Positions 48,880-59,338 of a stretch of 59,338 bases of DNA are shown here, one piece after another. The stretch covers positions 95,868,728-95,928,065 of the forward strand of contig NC_068989.1 of the NCBI RefSeq assembly GCF_001194135.2, read 5' to 3'. The first letter of the stretch is position 1; every line of letters starts with the position of its first letter. This DNA is from Octopus bimaculoides. Taxonomy: Eukaryota. The notes beneath the pieces are model-generated. The model saw only the letters and a program-made list of their open reading frames with translations, was not told the origin of the DNA and ran no database searches. A program made the translations under genes and the position numbers.

Positions 48880-49882
48880 GCTTACGAATAGAAGGAAATT
48901 GTCTTTAAGGAAGAAAGTAAGGAAATTGTAGAATCTTAAATCTATATCTGTGATGATAGTTGGCTGAGTGTACCAAATCCACAGAACTGAAACTATATTC
49001 AAACTTAGAGGGGATGGGAGATAATGGTTAAATACTGGATAATGTCGGAGGATGTTTAATATTTTCTAGATTTAAAATATTGTGATTCATATATGGGGGG
49101 GGGGGGCTTTTGAAAGCTTTGGCTTCTGAACACAAGTTACTAATGTGCAGTGAGGCTAAAAGACAACCATTCAATTAAAGAAGAAGACTAAAAGGAAGGA
49201 GAAGCAAAAAAAAAACCCCAAAAAGACATGGTTCTGTAAATAGTAAAGATAAAAGGAAGAGAAGAATAAGGATAGATTATAGAAATACACTTATTGGAAA
49301 GAGAGTGAGAGAGAGGAGAGGGGAGGGGGGAAAAAAGAAAAAAAAGCCTGTATTAACTGAAGAACAAACCAGAGTATCAAATGACATAGAACAATAGGAA
49401 TATGTTAGAGATTATATAACTGTAGAAAACAATAGGTTTTGGAGAAAATTGGCTTAGTGATAGAAATATATATGAAACAAGCTAACATAAATGATAAAAA
49501 GTTAATATGATTTACTGTCAAATTACCATGGGATATTAATATAGAGTATTTCGAGAACAAAAGTGAACAAGGGCTGGTTACATTCCAAACAGCTACATCA
49601 AATTGGTTTTCCAATGTCTTCAGAATGGCATATTGATAAAACTCTAAAAAAAAGATGTGTATTTATGAGAAAAAACAGTTTGTACTTGTGCATACGCGTA
49701 TGGTTTATGTTTATGCGTAGGTGTATGCAGGCATATCTGTACATATGTATATAATATATATATATATATATGCTCACATTTATGCACATGTATATACATT
49801 TATACATAAACATATATATGCATATATATATACATATATATACATATAGTGATACATGTATATGCATGTATACATGCATATA

Positions 49883-49922
<40 letters not shown>

Positions 49923-50739
49923 TACACACACACACACACATAGTATGATAACAGGGTAAGAGCATTAGTGGGAGAGGTTAGGAAGATAAAGGAGGAGGGT
50001 AAAATGAAATATAAGATGGGGTATGTAAAGGTTTAATTTTTGTGATAAATTTAGGAATACACACACACACACACACATATATACACATAAACATATATAT
50101 ATTTGTATATATATATATATATTAGTTCATAATTGATTGCACATATGTTCTTTTTTGCCAAAAAATCTCAAAACAAAAATCCCTCTGGGTCCTGTATTTG
50201 AATTTGGGCCTAAATAATGTGTTTTAACACTCTAAAACCTTTTTCCTGCAGTATGTGCTGCTGATTGACTTTCGTCTTCGCTCGTGCATGGATATGACTT
50301 TTCTGTCATCGTCATCGGACCTTACAAAATGGACAAAGAAATCAAAGGCATGTTTAAAATGTTTGCCTTGCAACCTTTTGACTGTGGATTTAATTCCACT
50401 CTGTAACAGCTTAGGCAAATGTTTTCTCCTATTAGCACCAATCTGACCAAAGAGAGAAACAGTGCTGAAGCCTGCCTTGTATACTCTGCCCTGATTCTTT
50501 ATTTAAGCTCTGTGCAAGTTCATTCCTTCTGTGACTATTACATTGAAGAAATATCTAAGTCTTTAAGAACATCTTAATGAATTAAAGTCTTGAATAATTC
50601 TTTCTGGTGGACTGTCAGCATTTTAAATAATGTGTGTATACACATGCATANNNNNNNNNNNNNNNNNNNNNNNNNNNNNNNNNNNNNNNNNNNNNNNNNN
50701 NNNNNNNNNNNNNNNNNNNNNNNNNNNNNNNNNNNNNNN

Positions 50740-50771
<32 letters not shown>

Positions 50772-51653
50772 TTTTTGGTCTGTTTTTATTTCTTTCACTG
50801 GAAAAGGGGACTGATCTAACCTCTTCTTAAAATGGTCTCATTTGCCATTTTTCCAAGAATAGATATTTGAGAAAATCCTGACAAGTGTTTATTACATTTT
50901 AATTCAATTGTTTAGTTTTTATTGTGTTTTACCAATTCCATTAATAAATTTCTAATGAGTCCACTGCCTATGGGTTTCAATTCATTTTGAATATAATCTA
51001 GAATTTGGATGGTTTCACTGACTTCTACTGTCATATATTAGTAGATAATGTTGGCATTTTGTTTAATGTAGAATCTCAGTGTGGCATTCATGTTCTCATG
51101 AGATTTTGGTCAAGATTTTAATTAACATATGTGTCCTTTAACACAGGTCCTCTCTGCTATGTTGGTGTTAAAAGTATTGATCATAATTACTTTTGTTACA
51201 CAATGTGTTACTGTCTACAGAAGGAAAAATAGGTTAGTGACACGACATAAACTTTATATATATATATATATATATATACATACACACACACACACACACA
51301 TTTAAGCAAGAATATTATTGACAGTGACTTTGAAGTTTTGGCCAGCTAAGCCATTGCCTGAAATTTCAGTCACTTTCAATAATATTCTTGTATAAGAATA
51401 ATAAATTTATAGCTTGCGAAAGTATGAAGTAACCGATCAGATAAATGTAAAATTGTTTTTTTATTATAACTTAACAGAAAATGAACATTTATGTACACAC
51501 ACGCACACACGCACACACATATACACACACACACATATACGCTCACATATCTACAAGCTGTGACAATGAGCAGGAATTTCTGTTAAGTGTCGGAAATATT
51601 TTAACAGAGACTTGAACCAAAATTGGCAAATCATCTTGCCAGGAACTAAATAC

Positions 51654-51695
<42 letters not shown>

Positions 51696-52710
51696 AAATT
51701 GTGTACACACATACACAAACATACACTCACACATTGTATAAAACAGCCTGCCCACATCACTTCTAGATTAAACTGTCTGTATTGAGATATAAGACAAACA
51801 TTCTTCCATCTCATGCTTACAAACAGTAATTAACTCCTATAACAAATTGCTTGATGTTAAATAAATATTTAGCAAGTATTTTTATTTGCTTTGACATCAC
51901 CCCACCTTATTTTCTATTCATTTACTTATTGTAAAATATTCATGTATTCACTTCAGTAATTAATATTTAAATGATATTAATTACTCAAAGTTCAACATCC
52001 TTCTACAATTAGATTCACTGAAGTTCATGTATCCTACATATGTATGAATGAGCATGTGTATGTATGTATACATACACACTCATACATACAAACATATATA
52101 TATATCTACACACACATGCACTCAGACACACATGTATGTATGTACATGCACATACATATACAGTATACATCGTATTCTATTTTCATGGTGAATAATGTTT
52201 TCCGACATGAAGGAGAGTGGGTTGGGGAAATGGTTAAAGACTGACCTCTGTGTTGAAAATATTTCTATTTGGAAGACAAGAGAAGCAGGAAGCAAAAAGG
52301 ATGCCAAGATATTATCAACAAATACCATTGCCAATATAGACAGTAAGTGGGCTGACCCTGGAGTAATTTTCAGACAGACCACTAAACATTCCTTGTAAAA
52401 GCATTGTTATTCTTTCTGATACTGTTAAATGCTTTAGTAGTGGATGGGATGTTGAGGCAGTAAAAATACCAGACTGGATAGTTTATGGAAAATATCCAGC
52501 TTTTGTTATCTTGTGATTCTGAGTTCAAACCTTTCCATGGTTCACTTCAGATTTTATTCATCTTAGGTTAAAGAGGGCTGAGCGGGGTGTCTATAGTGAA
52601 AGACCAAGTTTATCAGGAGTAAAAACCCACATTCAAAGAGGGACTTAGGGTTAGGGTTAGCATTGATAATGAATAAATTCAATTTAGAAGGAGGAAAGAA
52701 GATTGTAGAA

Positions 52711-53092
52711 TTCATTTACTTGGTTTAGTCATTTGGCTGTGACCATGCTGGGGCACCACCTTGAATCTTTAGTTGAATGAATTGACCCCAGTACTTAATT
52801 TTTGTTTTTAAACCTTGTCCTTATCAAATCAATCTCTTTTGCTGAACCACTAAGTTACAGGGATGTAAGCACACCAACACCAGTTTTCAAGTGGTGGAGG
52901 GGGACAAACACACACATACATATAAATATATATGCAACAGGCTTCTTCCAGTTTCTGTCTACCAAATCCATCCATAAGGCTTTGGTCAGCCTAAAGCTAT
53001 TGTAGAAGGCACTTTCCCAATATGCCATACAGTGGGACTGAACCTGGAGCCATGTGGTTGAAAAGTAAGATTCTTTCCACACAGCCACATAC
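52711..53092 (-). mobile_element. Family A SINE with the alternative tail, near full length
   Basis: tttagtcatttggctgtgaccatgctggggcaccacc..gatgtaagcacaccaacacc..ccagtttctgtctaccaaatcc..cagtgggactgaacc..ccacacagccac. Confidence 0.85.
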
Positions 53093-53134
53093 AGAAGTAG
53101 AGAAGATATTTATTCTGGTGCTATATTTCAATGA

Positions 53135-53446
53135 GTGGCGGTGCAATGGCCCAGTGGGTAGGGCAGCAGACTTGCGGTCGAAGGATCGCGGTTTCGATTC
53201 CCAGACCGGGCGTTGTGTGTCTTTATTGAGCGAAAACACCTAAAGCTCCACGAGGCTGCGGCAGGGAATGGTGGCAACCCCTGTTGTACTCTTTCACCCC
53301 CAACTTTCTCTCACTCTTTCTTCCTGTTTCTTGAGTAATGCTGCAATGGACTGGAGTCCTGATCAGGTGGGGGGAACACATACGCCATAGAAACCAGGAA
53401 ACCAGGCCCATGAGCCTGGCTAGGCTTGAAAAGGGCGCATAAATAA
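53135..53446 (+). mobile_element. Full-length young tRNA-derived SINE (family V-like) with perfect 12-bp TSD
   Basis: A box TGGCCCAGTGG (53147-57), B box GGTTTCGATTCC (53190-201), CpG-rich body, (AAAT)n tail, TSD ATATTTCAATGA at 53123-34 and 53447-58. Confidence 0.92.
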
Positions 53447-54691
53447 ATATTTCAATGAAGAACTATAATATTTCAGTTTTTTTTTAATTAACAGTTAAAT
53501 GCCTCTAAACAGGTAACCTAAAAGAAATTTGAATAGCATGGGGAAATACTTGCAAACCATGCTTGCTTCCATGTTTTCAGATATTAAGAGACTGATCCAT
53601 TAAGTGCCATCTCTCTGTCTTTTGCCCCTAGGAATGTCAATGAGTGCAACAATACATTTGATTACCTCATAGATGCCGTTTAACATTTAATCAATGAAAG
53701 TTCCCTCTGCAGGACCAGCCCACCTGTTTCAAATAGCACCCAAATCTCTCTCAAATCACACAATTTGCCTTCTTAAAAAGGGAAAGATGCAGCCGGTTGT
53801 ATAATTCTCTATATGTTAGGTGTGAAAAATGAGAGGTTGATCATATTTGGAATGTCTTTGATTCCAGGCTTTCTGTATTGGTCTCGACCTGGGTCTAAAC
53901 AACAACATTGTCATAGATCTGCTCACCACAAGGATCCTCTGTCAGAAAGTTTCCCTTCATTTATCTGTGATTAATATAAGAAGTAAAAATATATATTGAA
54001 GGGGCTAAAAAGAAACAAACAAGAAAATGTGGATGAAATCTTTGTAAATAATAATTTCTTCAAAGAAGAATATAAGACATTGATGAAATGAAGGTGAGTA
54101 CAGCATTTCAACTGGGCTGGAAGAAGAATTCTTTGCCGAAAATATATGGCAACGATGCTGATGCTGATAAAAGAAGTGGCATTTAATGAAGATAGCAGTA
54201 TGAGTCTGTAGAGTAGAGTGTTGCCATTTCATTATTATGTCTTTTGAAATACCTTCAATGTATGGCTGCCGTATTCTTTGATGAAGAATTGCAATGGCTT
54301 GAGTTTCTTTTAACAGTATTGTGTTAGAAAATGAACTCCTTTTATTTTTGCAATGCTTCAGGGCCTCAGTTCACCATTGCCAAATATCTTTTCACTTATA
54401 TTGAATAAAATGCATAATAGATACAACATTATCATAAATTACTGCTGAATGTTTAATTGCAATGTGAATTATGTAAGATAATTGTTTTAGTGAACAAATA
54501 GTTTCAAAATTAGAACTTTTCAGATTTTTTATATGAATTTTGTCTGTTAGTTACTTAATTAGTTTTTGTTTGTTTTTTATTTTAATTATTCTTGTTAAAT
54601 TATTCATTACTTATAAAATATAATTAAAACTAAATCAGTCCTTTAAAAAATGATTTTTAAAAGATTTTTACAGGCTAAAATATATTTAATA

Positions 54692-54748
54692 AATCCATGC
54701 TAGCATGGAAAGCGGACGTTAAACGATGATGATGATGATGATGATGAT
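54692..54748 (+). mobile_element. Extremely 5'-truncated RTE insertion (last ~35 nt plus (GAT)n)
   Basis: ccatgctagcatggaaagcggacgttaaac(GAT)n, matching the young copies. Confidence 0.85.
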
Positions 54749-55430
54749 TTACATCTAGGAACTTGAGAGTATGTGATTCATTAATGCGCAAATGAAATTG
54801 TGTGTGTGTGTGTGTGTGAGTGAAAGAAAGTGAGAGCAGTGGAGAGAGTGAGAGAAACGATATTGAAATTAATGTAGAAGTGATTTTATAAAAGATGTGT
54901 TTAGAATATTATTTGTATAACAGCAATAATATTTGTTATTGCAAAAGTAAAAAAAAAAAGCAAGAAAGTAAAAAATCTGGTCTGATTACTAATAAATGTC
55001 ACTAACCTTAAAGTTATTAGATTTTTGGTAAGAAGATATTTTTTGAAAATTTAGTGATTTGTCATTTTTATTTTCATGATATCAGTTCAGTTGAGAAAAT
55101 GAAACAGTACAGTTCCATTCATTGCATAGAATGGTCTTCTTGGCTGAGACATTATGGGTTAGTCTCCAGTTACAGTTCCTGTAATATTCTGTTAAGATGA
55201 AATCTCTAACTCAATTTAGTGACAACTGGACAAGAGTGAACAGTCATAGCTGTCTGGCGATGAGGCTTGTTTACAGCCAAAGCATGAGATTCACTGCACT
55301 TTTCGTTTGTATGATTGTTGTCTTTTTTCCCCGTCTCCAGACTAGCAATGGTCACACAAATGATAGCAGCTGTTCTCAGCCTTATCTCTCCAGTTATTTT
55401 CTGTTCAGTTCATGCATATTTAGACTTTTG

Positions 55431-55776
55431 TCTTTTCTTGCTGGACTGTGGCCATGCTGGAGCACTGATTTGAAGCATTTACTCAAACAAATCGGACCCG
55501 GCATGTATTTTTTTTTTTTTTTTTAAGTCTGGAACTTATTCTATCAGCCTCTTTCGCTAAACCACTAATGTTATAAGGATGTAAACAAACCAACACCAGT
55601 TTCCAAGTAGTGTAGAAACAAAGGCATCAATACATATATATATATATCTGCAATGGCTCCATAACTACTGTCTCAACTATAACCTTGGAGCCCTAGTAAT
55701 CTGTTACAACATTTACCTAGCATACCTAGTCATTTAGATCACCTGTGAACTAAACCCCCATATTTTGTGTGTGTGT

Positions 55777-55822
<46 letters not shown>

Positions 55823-55955
55823 GACAGGTTTCTACATAATTTCTATTTCTGAAATTCACTGACAAAGCATTGGTTGTCATGGGGCTATAGTAGAAGGACT
55901 ATAGTTGTGCAGTGGGCCTGGACCTGAAACCACATGGCTGCAGTGTGAGCAACAC
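55431..55955 (-). mobile_element. Family A SINE with the alternative tail, interrupted
   Basis: ctgtggccatgctggagcactg..gatgtaaacaaaccaacacc..(CA)n..ggggctatagtagaag..gcagtgggcctggacc. Confidence 0.7.
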
Positions 55956-56871
55956 ACACTCAGGGTTACAAGTTTAGTCCCATTTACTCTTGGATCAATG
56001 TCCCCCACCATAGCCCCAGGCCAACAGCCAAAGACTCTTGTGTGTAGATTTGGTAGATGGAAACTGAAAGAAGTGCAAAATATCCATCTCTGTAGAGCAG
56101 CAGGTGTTATAGAGGAATAAGCTTTCTCCTAGAGGGATGCCTGCACCCATGAACTTTCCTCACATTGTATTTAGGGGCCTTTAAGGATGTCTTCGTCTTG
56201 ATGTAGCAATGCAGATCCTATGAAGGTTCTGGAACACATTTGCTACACAATTAGAAATCTCATTAATTATACAAGCTCTCCCATCACAAACTGTACTATT
56301 GCTGGTTAATTATATTCAGGGATGAATATTTGATTGATCTATTTCCTGATGATTATTTATTGACAATTTAAAGTAACACTTCAACTGATGTCTGCTGATA
56401 TCAAACACCAAGCTATTACCTCCAAACAGGAGGCAGGTTGTTCTATCTGAGGTTGGAGGTGGGGGACATCTGGAATGATTACAATAGTTATTAACCCCTA
56501 TAATCGTCCTAGAGTCTTAAAGCACATGGTCTCTGGTTTAGAGATGGTAGGGAGCTGGTTGGAGATTTGGCTGTTATTTCATGCAGTCCCTGCCTCCTTG
56601 CTTGTCACAGTTGATTGATTTACATTTAAAGTAACTTCTAGAATCTCTTTGCATTTTTATTTATTCATTCATCGTGTTGTAATCAATAGCTTTGTTGGTT
56701 GCAGGCTTCCAATTGGTCAGCTATTGATTCACTGTATTTACTAAGGTGCAAGTGAATAATGAGGAATTGTGTTTAGAGTGACACTTTAGCTGAGTGACTT
56801 CTACTATAGTCCTAAAGACTTGTCGTTAGATTCAGCAGACGGAAACTGGAAGAAGCATGTCATATATACAT

Positions 56872-57251
56872 AGGCTCATGCGTGGTAAGAAGCTTGCTTC
56901 CCAACCACATAGTCTGAGTTCCGGCCCACTGCATGGCACCTTGAGCAAGTGTTTTCTGCTATAGCCTCGGGCTGACCAAAGCTTTGTGAGTGGATTTGGT
57001 AAAGGGAAACTAGAAGAAGCCCATCATATATATATGTATATATGTATGCATTTGTGTGTCTGTGTTTGTCCCCCCACCATCGCTTGACAACCAATCTTGG
57101 TGTGTTTATGTCCCTTTAACTTAGTTTGGCAAAAGGAACTGATAGAATAAGTACTAGGCTTACAAAGAATAAGTCCTGGAATCGATTTCTTCAACTAAAG
57201 GTGGTGCTCCAGCATGGCCACAGTCAAATGACTGAAACAAGTAGAAGAATA
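56872..57251 (+). mobile_element. Best-preserved family A SINE with the alternative tail
   Basis: tRNA-like head, core ggcaccttgagcaagtg, internal (TA)/(TG) tract, tail ...ggtggtgctccagcatggccacagtcaaatgactgaaacaagtagaagaata. The core recalls CORE-SINEs such as octopus OR2 (from memory; needs a Dfam check). Confidence 0.88.
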
Positions 57252-57314
57252 TATGCATATATTATTTGAAGTAAGAGAGTGACTCAAAGGTTGAGATTTT
57301 TATGCGTTAGCAAC

Positions 57315-57575
57315 TTAAGTGTGTGTGTGTGTGTGTGTGTATTCTTGTTTTGATAGTATGTAATGGTCGTAAACAAACCTCACCAGCATGCAAACAGTGT
57401 TGTTTTCAGTTTTGTGTGAAGACCATGAATGGTCATGAGTAAATATTACCTTGCTTAGAAACATGATAGGGTTTATGACAGGATGGTCATCTGGCTGTAG
57501 AAAATCAGCCCTAACAAGTTCCATCTGACCCCTGAAGCATGGAAATATGGACATTAAATGATGGTGATGATAAAC
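57315..57575 (+). mobile_element. Family A 3' half with RTE-type tail
   Basis: (TG)n then ..aatattaccttgcttagaaac..atctggctgtagaaaatc..gcatggaaatatggacattaaatgatggtgatgat. Confidence 0.65.
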
Positions 57576-57900
57576 ATGTGGTACTTTCTTTCAGGGTACC
57601 ACTCTACTGGTTTTTCTTGTTGATGTCTACCTTTTCCTCCTTGATATTCCTCACCAATGTGTATACGCAGTCTCTTTTTCTCAAATGGGTTTTTATGACA
57701 AGAAAAAGAGAAATGAGGTGGGACCTTAAGCTGTGTGCAGGGTTTGTATTGCTAAGCAGCTCATAGAAGCAGAAGATGTTGTAGTAATGCTGTTCAATGC
57801 TTGATAGCTAATTAGACATGGCCAATGACAAATAATTATCTTTGTAGTTGATATATTACATCAGTAAAAGTAGTCAGTTATCTGCCCTTCTGTTCTAACA

Positions 57901-58170
57901 TGTGTGACTATTGGCCACACTAGGAGTCCACCTTCATGGGTTTAGTTGAACAAATCAATCCCAGAACTTTTTCTTTTGAAGGTTGGTACTCATTTTATCT
58001 GTCTCTTTTGCTGAATTGTTAAGTAACAAGAATGTAAACAAACCAACACTGGTTGTCAAGTAGTGGGGGAGAGGACAAACACACATACACATATTGGAAT
58101 AGTTTCCACATGGTTCTAGTCAACCAAATTCACTTGCAGGGTATTGGTCAGCCAGTGCCTATTGTAGAAT
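57901..58170 (-). mobile_element. Family A SINE with the alternative tail, degraded
   Basis: aatcaatcccagaac..aatgtaaacaaaccaacactggttgtcaagtagtggggg..gacaaacacac. Confidence 0.6.
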
Positions 58171-59105
58171 ATGCATGTGGTTGCAAAACTAGCATCTTAG
58201 GCCCACAACTGTGTCTTTGAAAGGAATCTGGGAACAGTTTTCTTCCATTCAGTCCATCATCATCATCACCATTTCCTTCTCTATGGTACCATTGGTTGAC
58301 TGAGAGGTTTTATGACTGGATGCCCTCCTCCCCAACCCTTTTGGTTATCTCTAATGACTAATTGATATACAATGTAGCTAATGTAAAGCCATAAGTAATA
58401 TTCAGGTTGTTGTTGTCGATGCTCTATTTTAAAAACACTGAGAACTAAATATTTCCTGCAAATGTGAGCAATAACATTGTTTTCCATTTTGTTAATTGTT
58501 TTACTTTTTCTTCGTGATAAATCATATTATTGATGATGTATTCCCTATCCTATTACTGCTACTTCTCTATTTTCAAGGGTAAATATTTGAGTGATAATTA
58601 ATTTTCAGATTCGATCAACACTCCAGGTTATGTCCTATCAAACAGCAAGCTATGACCTCCAAACACATCTGCTATTCTAAGTGGAAAAGGGTGCATCTTT
58701 ACACCTTGTATTTCTAGAGTCTTAGAACGTGTCATTTCCTGTTTGAAGATGGCAGGGAATTGGTTGGAGATTAGGCTGTTATAACTGGAGGCTTGTTGGT
58801 ATGTCATCTTTATTTAATGTATGATTTAAGGGAAAATGAGCTGCTGTTTTTAGCCTGTCAACTGTACAGAGGACTCCCTTGATGACTCTTTATACCTTTC
58901 ATTTTTAATAGAATTGTATAAAACCAAATTGAAAGGTAGAATATATTGTAGTGATTGTTTAGTCCCTGATGACCCCTGATTGAGCAGAGCCTTAAAGAGA
59001 CATTTCAACCATAACCATCCCATTTTTTGCCTGGAATCACATACTCTATTATTCATAGCACGTTCAACACCTCTGTTGAAGCTCCCGTCTCACTGCAGGC
59101 AGCTT

Positions 59106-59338
59106 ATCATCATCATCATCATCATCGTTTAACGTCCGCTTTCCATGCTAGCATGGGTTGGACGATTTGACTGAGGACTGGTGAAACCGGATGGCAACAC
59201 CAGGCTCCAATCTAATTTGGCAGAGTTTCTACAGCTGGATGCCCTTCCTAACGCCAACCACTCAGAGAGTGTAGTGGGTGCTTTTACGTGTCACCAGCAC
59301 GAAAACGGCCACGCTCGAAATGGTGTCTTTTATGTGCC
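59106..59338 (-). mobile_element. Young RTE 3' tail copy running off the window end
   Basis: (CAT)n-cgtttaacgtccgctttccatgctagcatgggttggacg...; near-identical to 45871-46102. Confidence 0.93.

Noticed and set aside
49595-49625. Minus-strand CTGAAGA-CATTG-GAAA hammerhead-like match
   Set aside because: One-pair helix II with no helix I or III support; a chance match.
53135-53210. tRNA gene
   Set aside because: A and B boxes are present but the anticodon and acceptor stems do not pair, and it continues into a SINE body with a TSD.
53630-53685. Acceptor followed by NVNEC (EGF-Ca-like start)
   Set aside because: The frame stops after 16 codons with no further cysteines.
59170-59200. CTGAGGA...GAAAC in the RTE tail as a hammerhead
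   Set aside because: Only 5 nt (CTGGT) separate the core halves, so there is no helix II or NUH, and older copies do not keep GAAA.

Overview
AT-rich, microsatellite-dense eukaryotic DNA with 8 N-gaps (2067-2300, 10565-10953, 19979-20007, 24276-24442, 33728-34582, 41238-41456, 46103-46225, 50651-50739). The repeat families look like those of coleoid cephalopods, most likely Octopus; that is my recognition from memory, not a database result. I find no complete gene and no prokaryotic features, so this is probably a large intron or intergenic region. It is filled with RTE-clade LINE remnants carrying a (GAT)n tail, several tRNA-derived SINE families, TTAA-flanked piggyBac-type MITEs, a 28-bp minisatellite and many simple repeats. 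Nearly all ORFs in the supplied track are noise from repeats or gaps. The best signal is a minimal type I hammerhead ribozyme with a complete catalytic core at 23304-23341 (+), inside a ~170-bp fold-back element. Two further degenerate hammerhead-like motifs occur, one beside a perfect 28-bp inverted repeat; this resembles Penelope-like or retrozyme terminal repeats. Other points of note: a fold-back hairpin made of two LINE tails, a three-layer nested insertion with its TSD, a SINE whose tail is swapped at an internal microsatellite, a perfect RFX X-box near GC boxes, and a few low-confidence orphan exons. All alignments and folds were done by eye.
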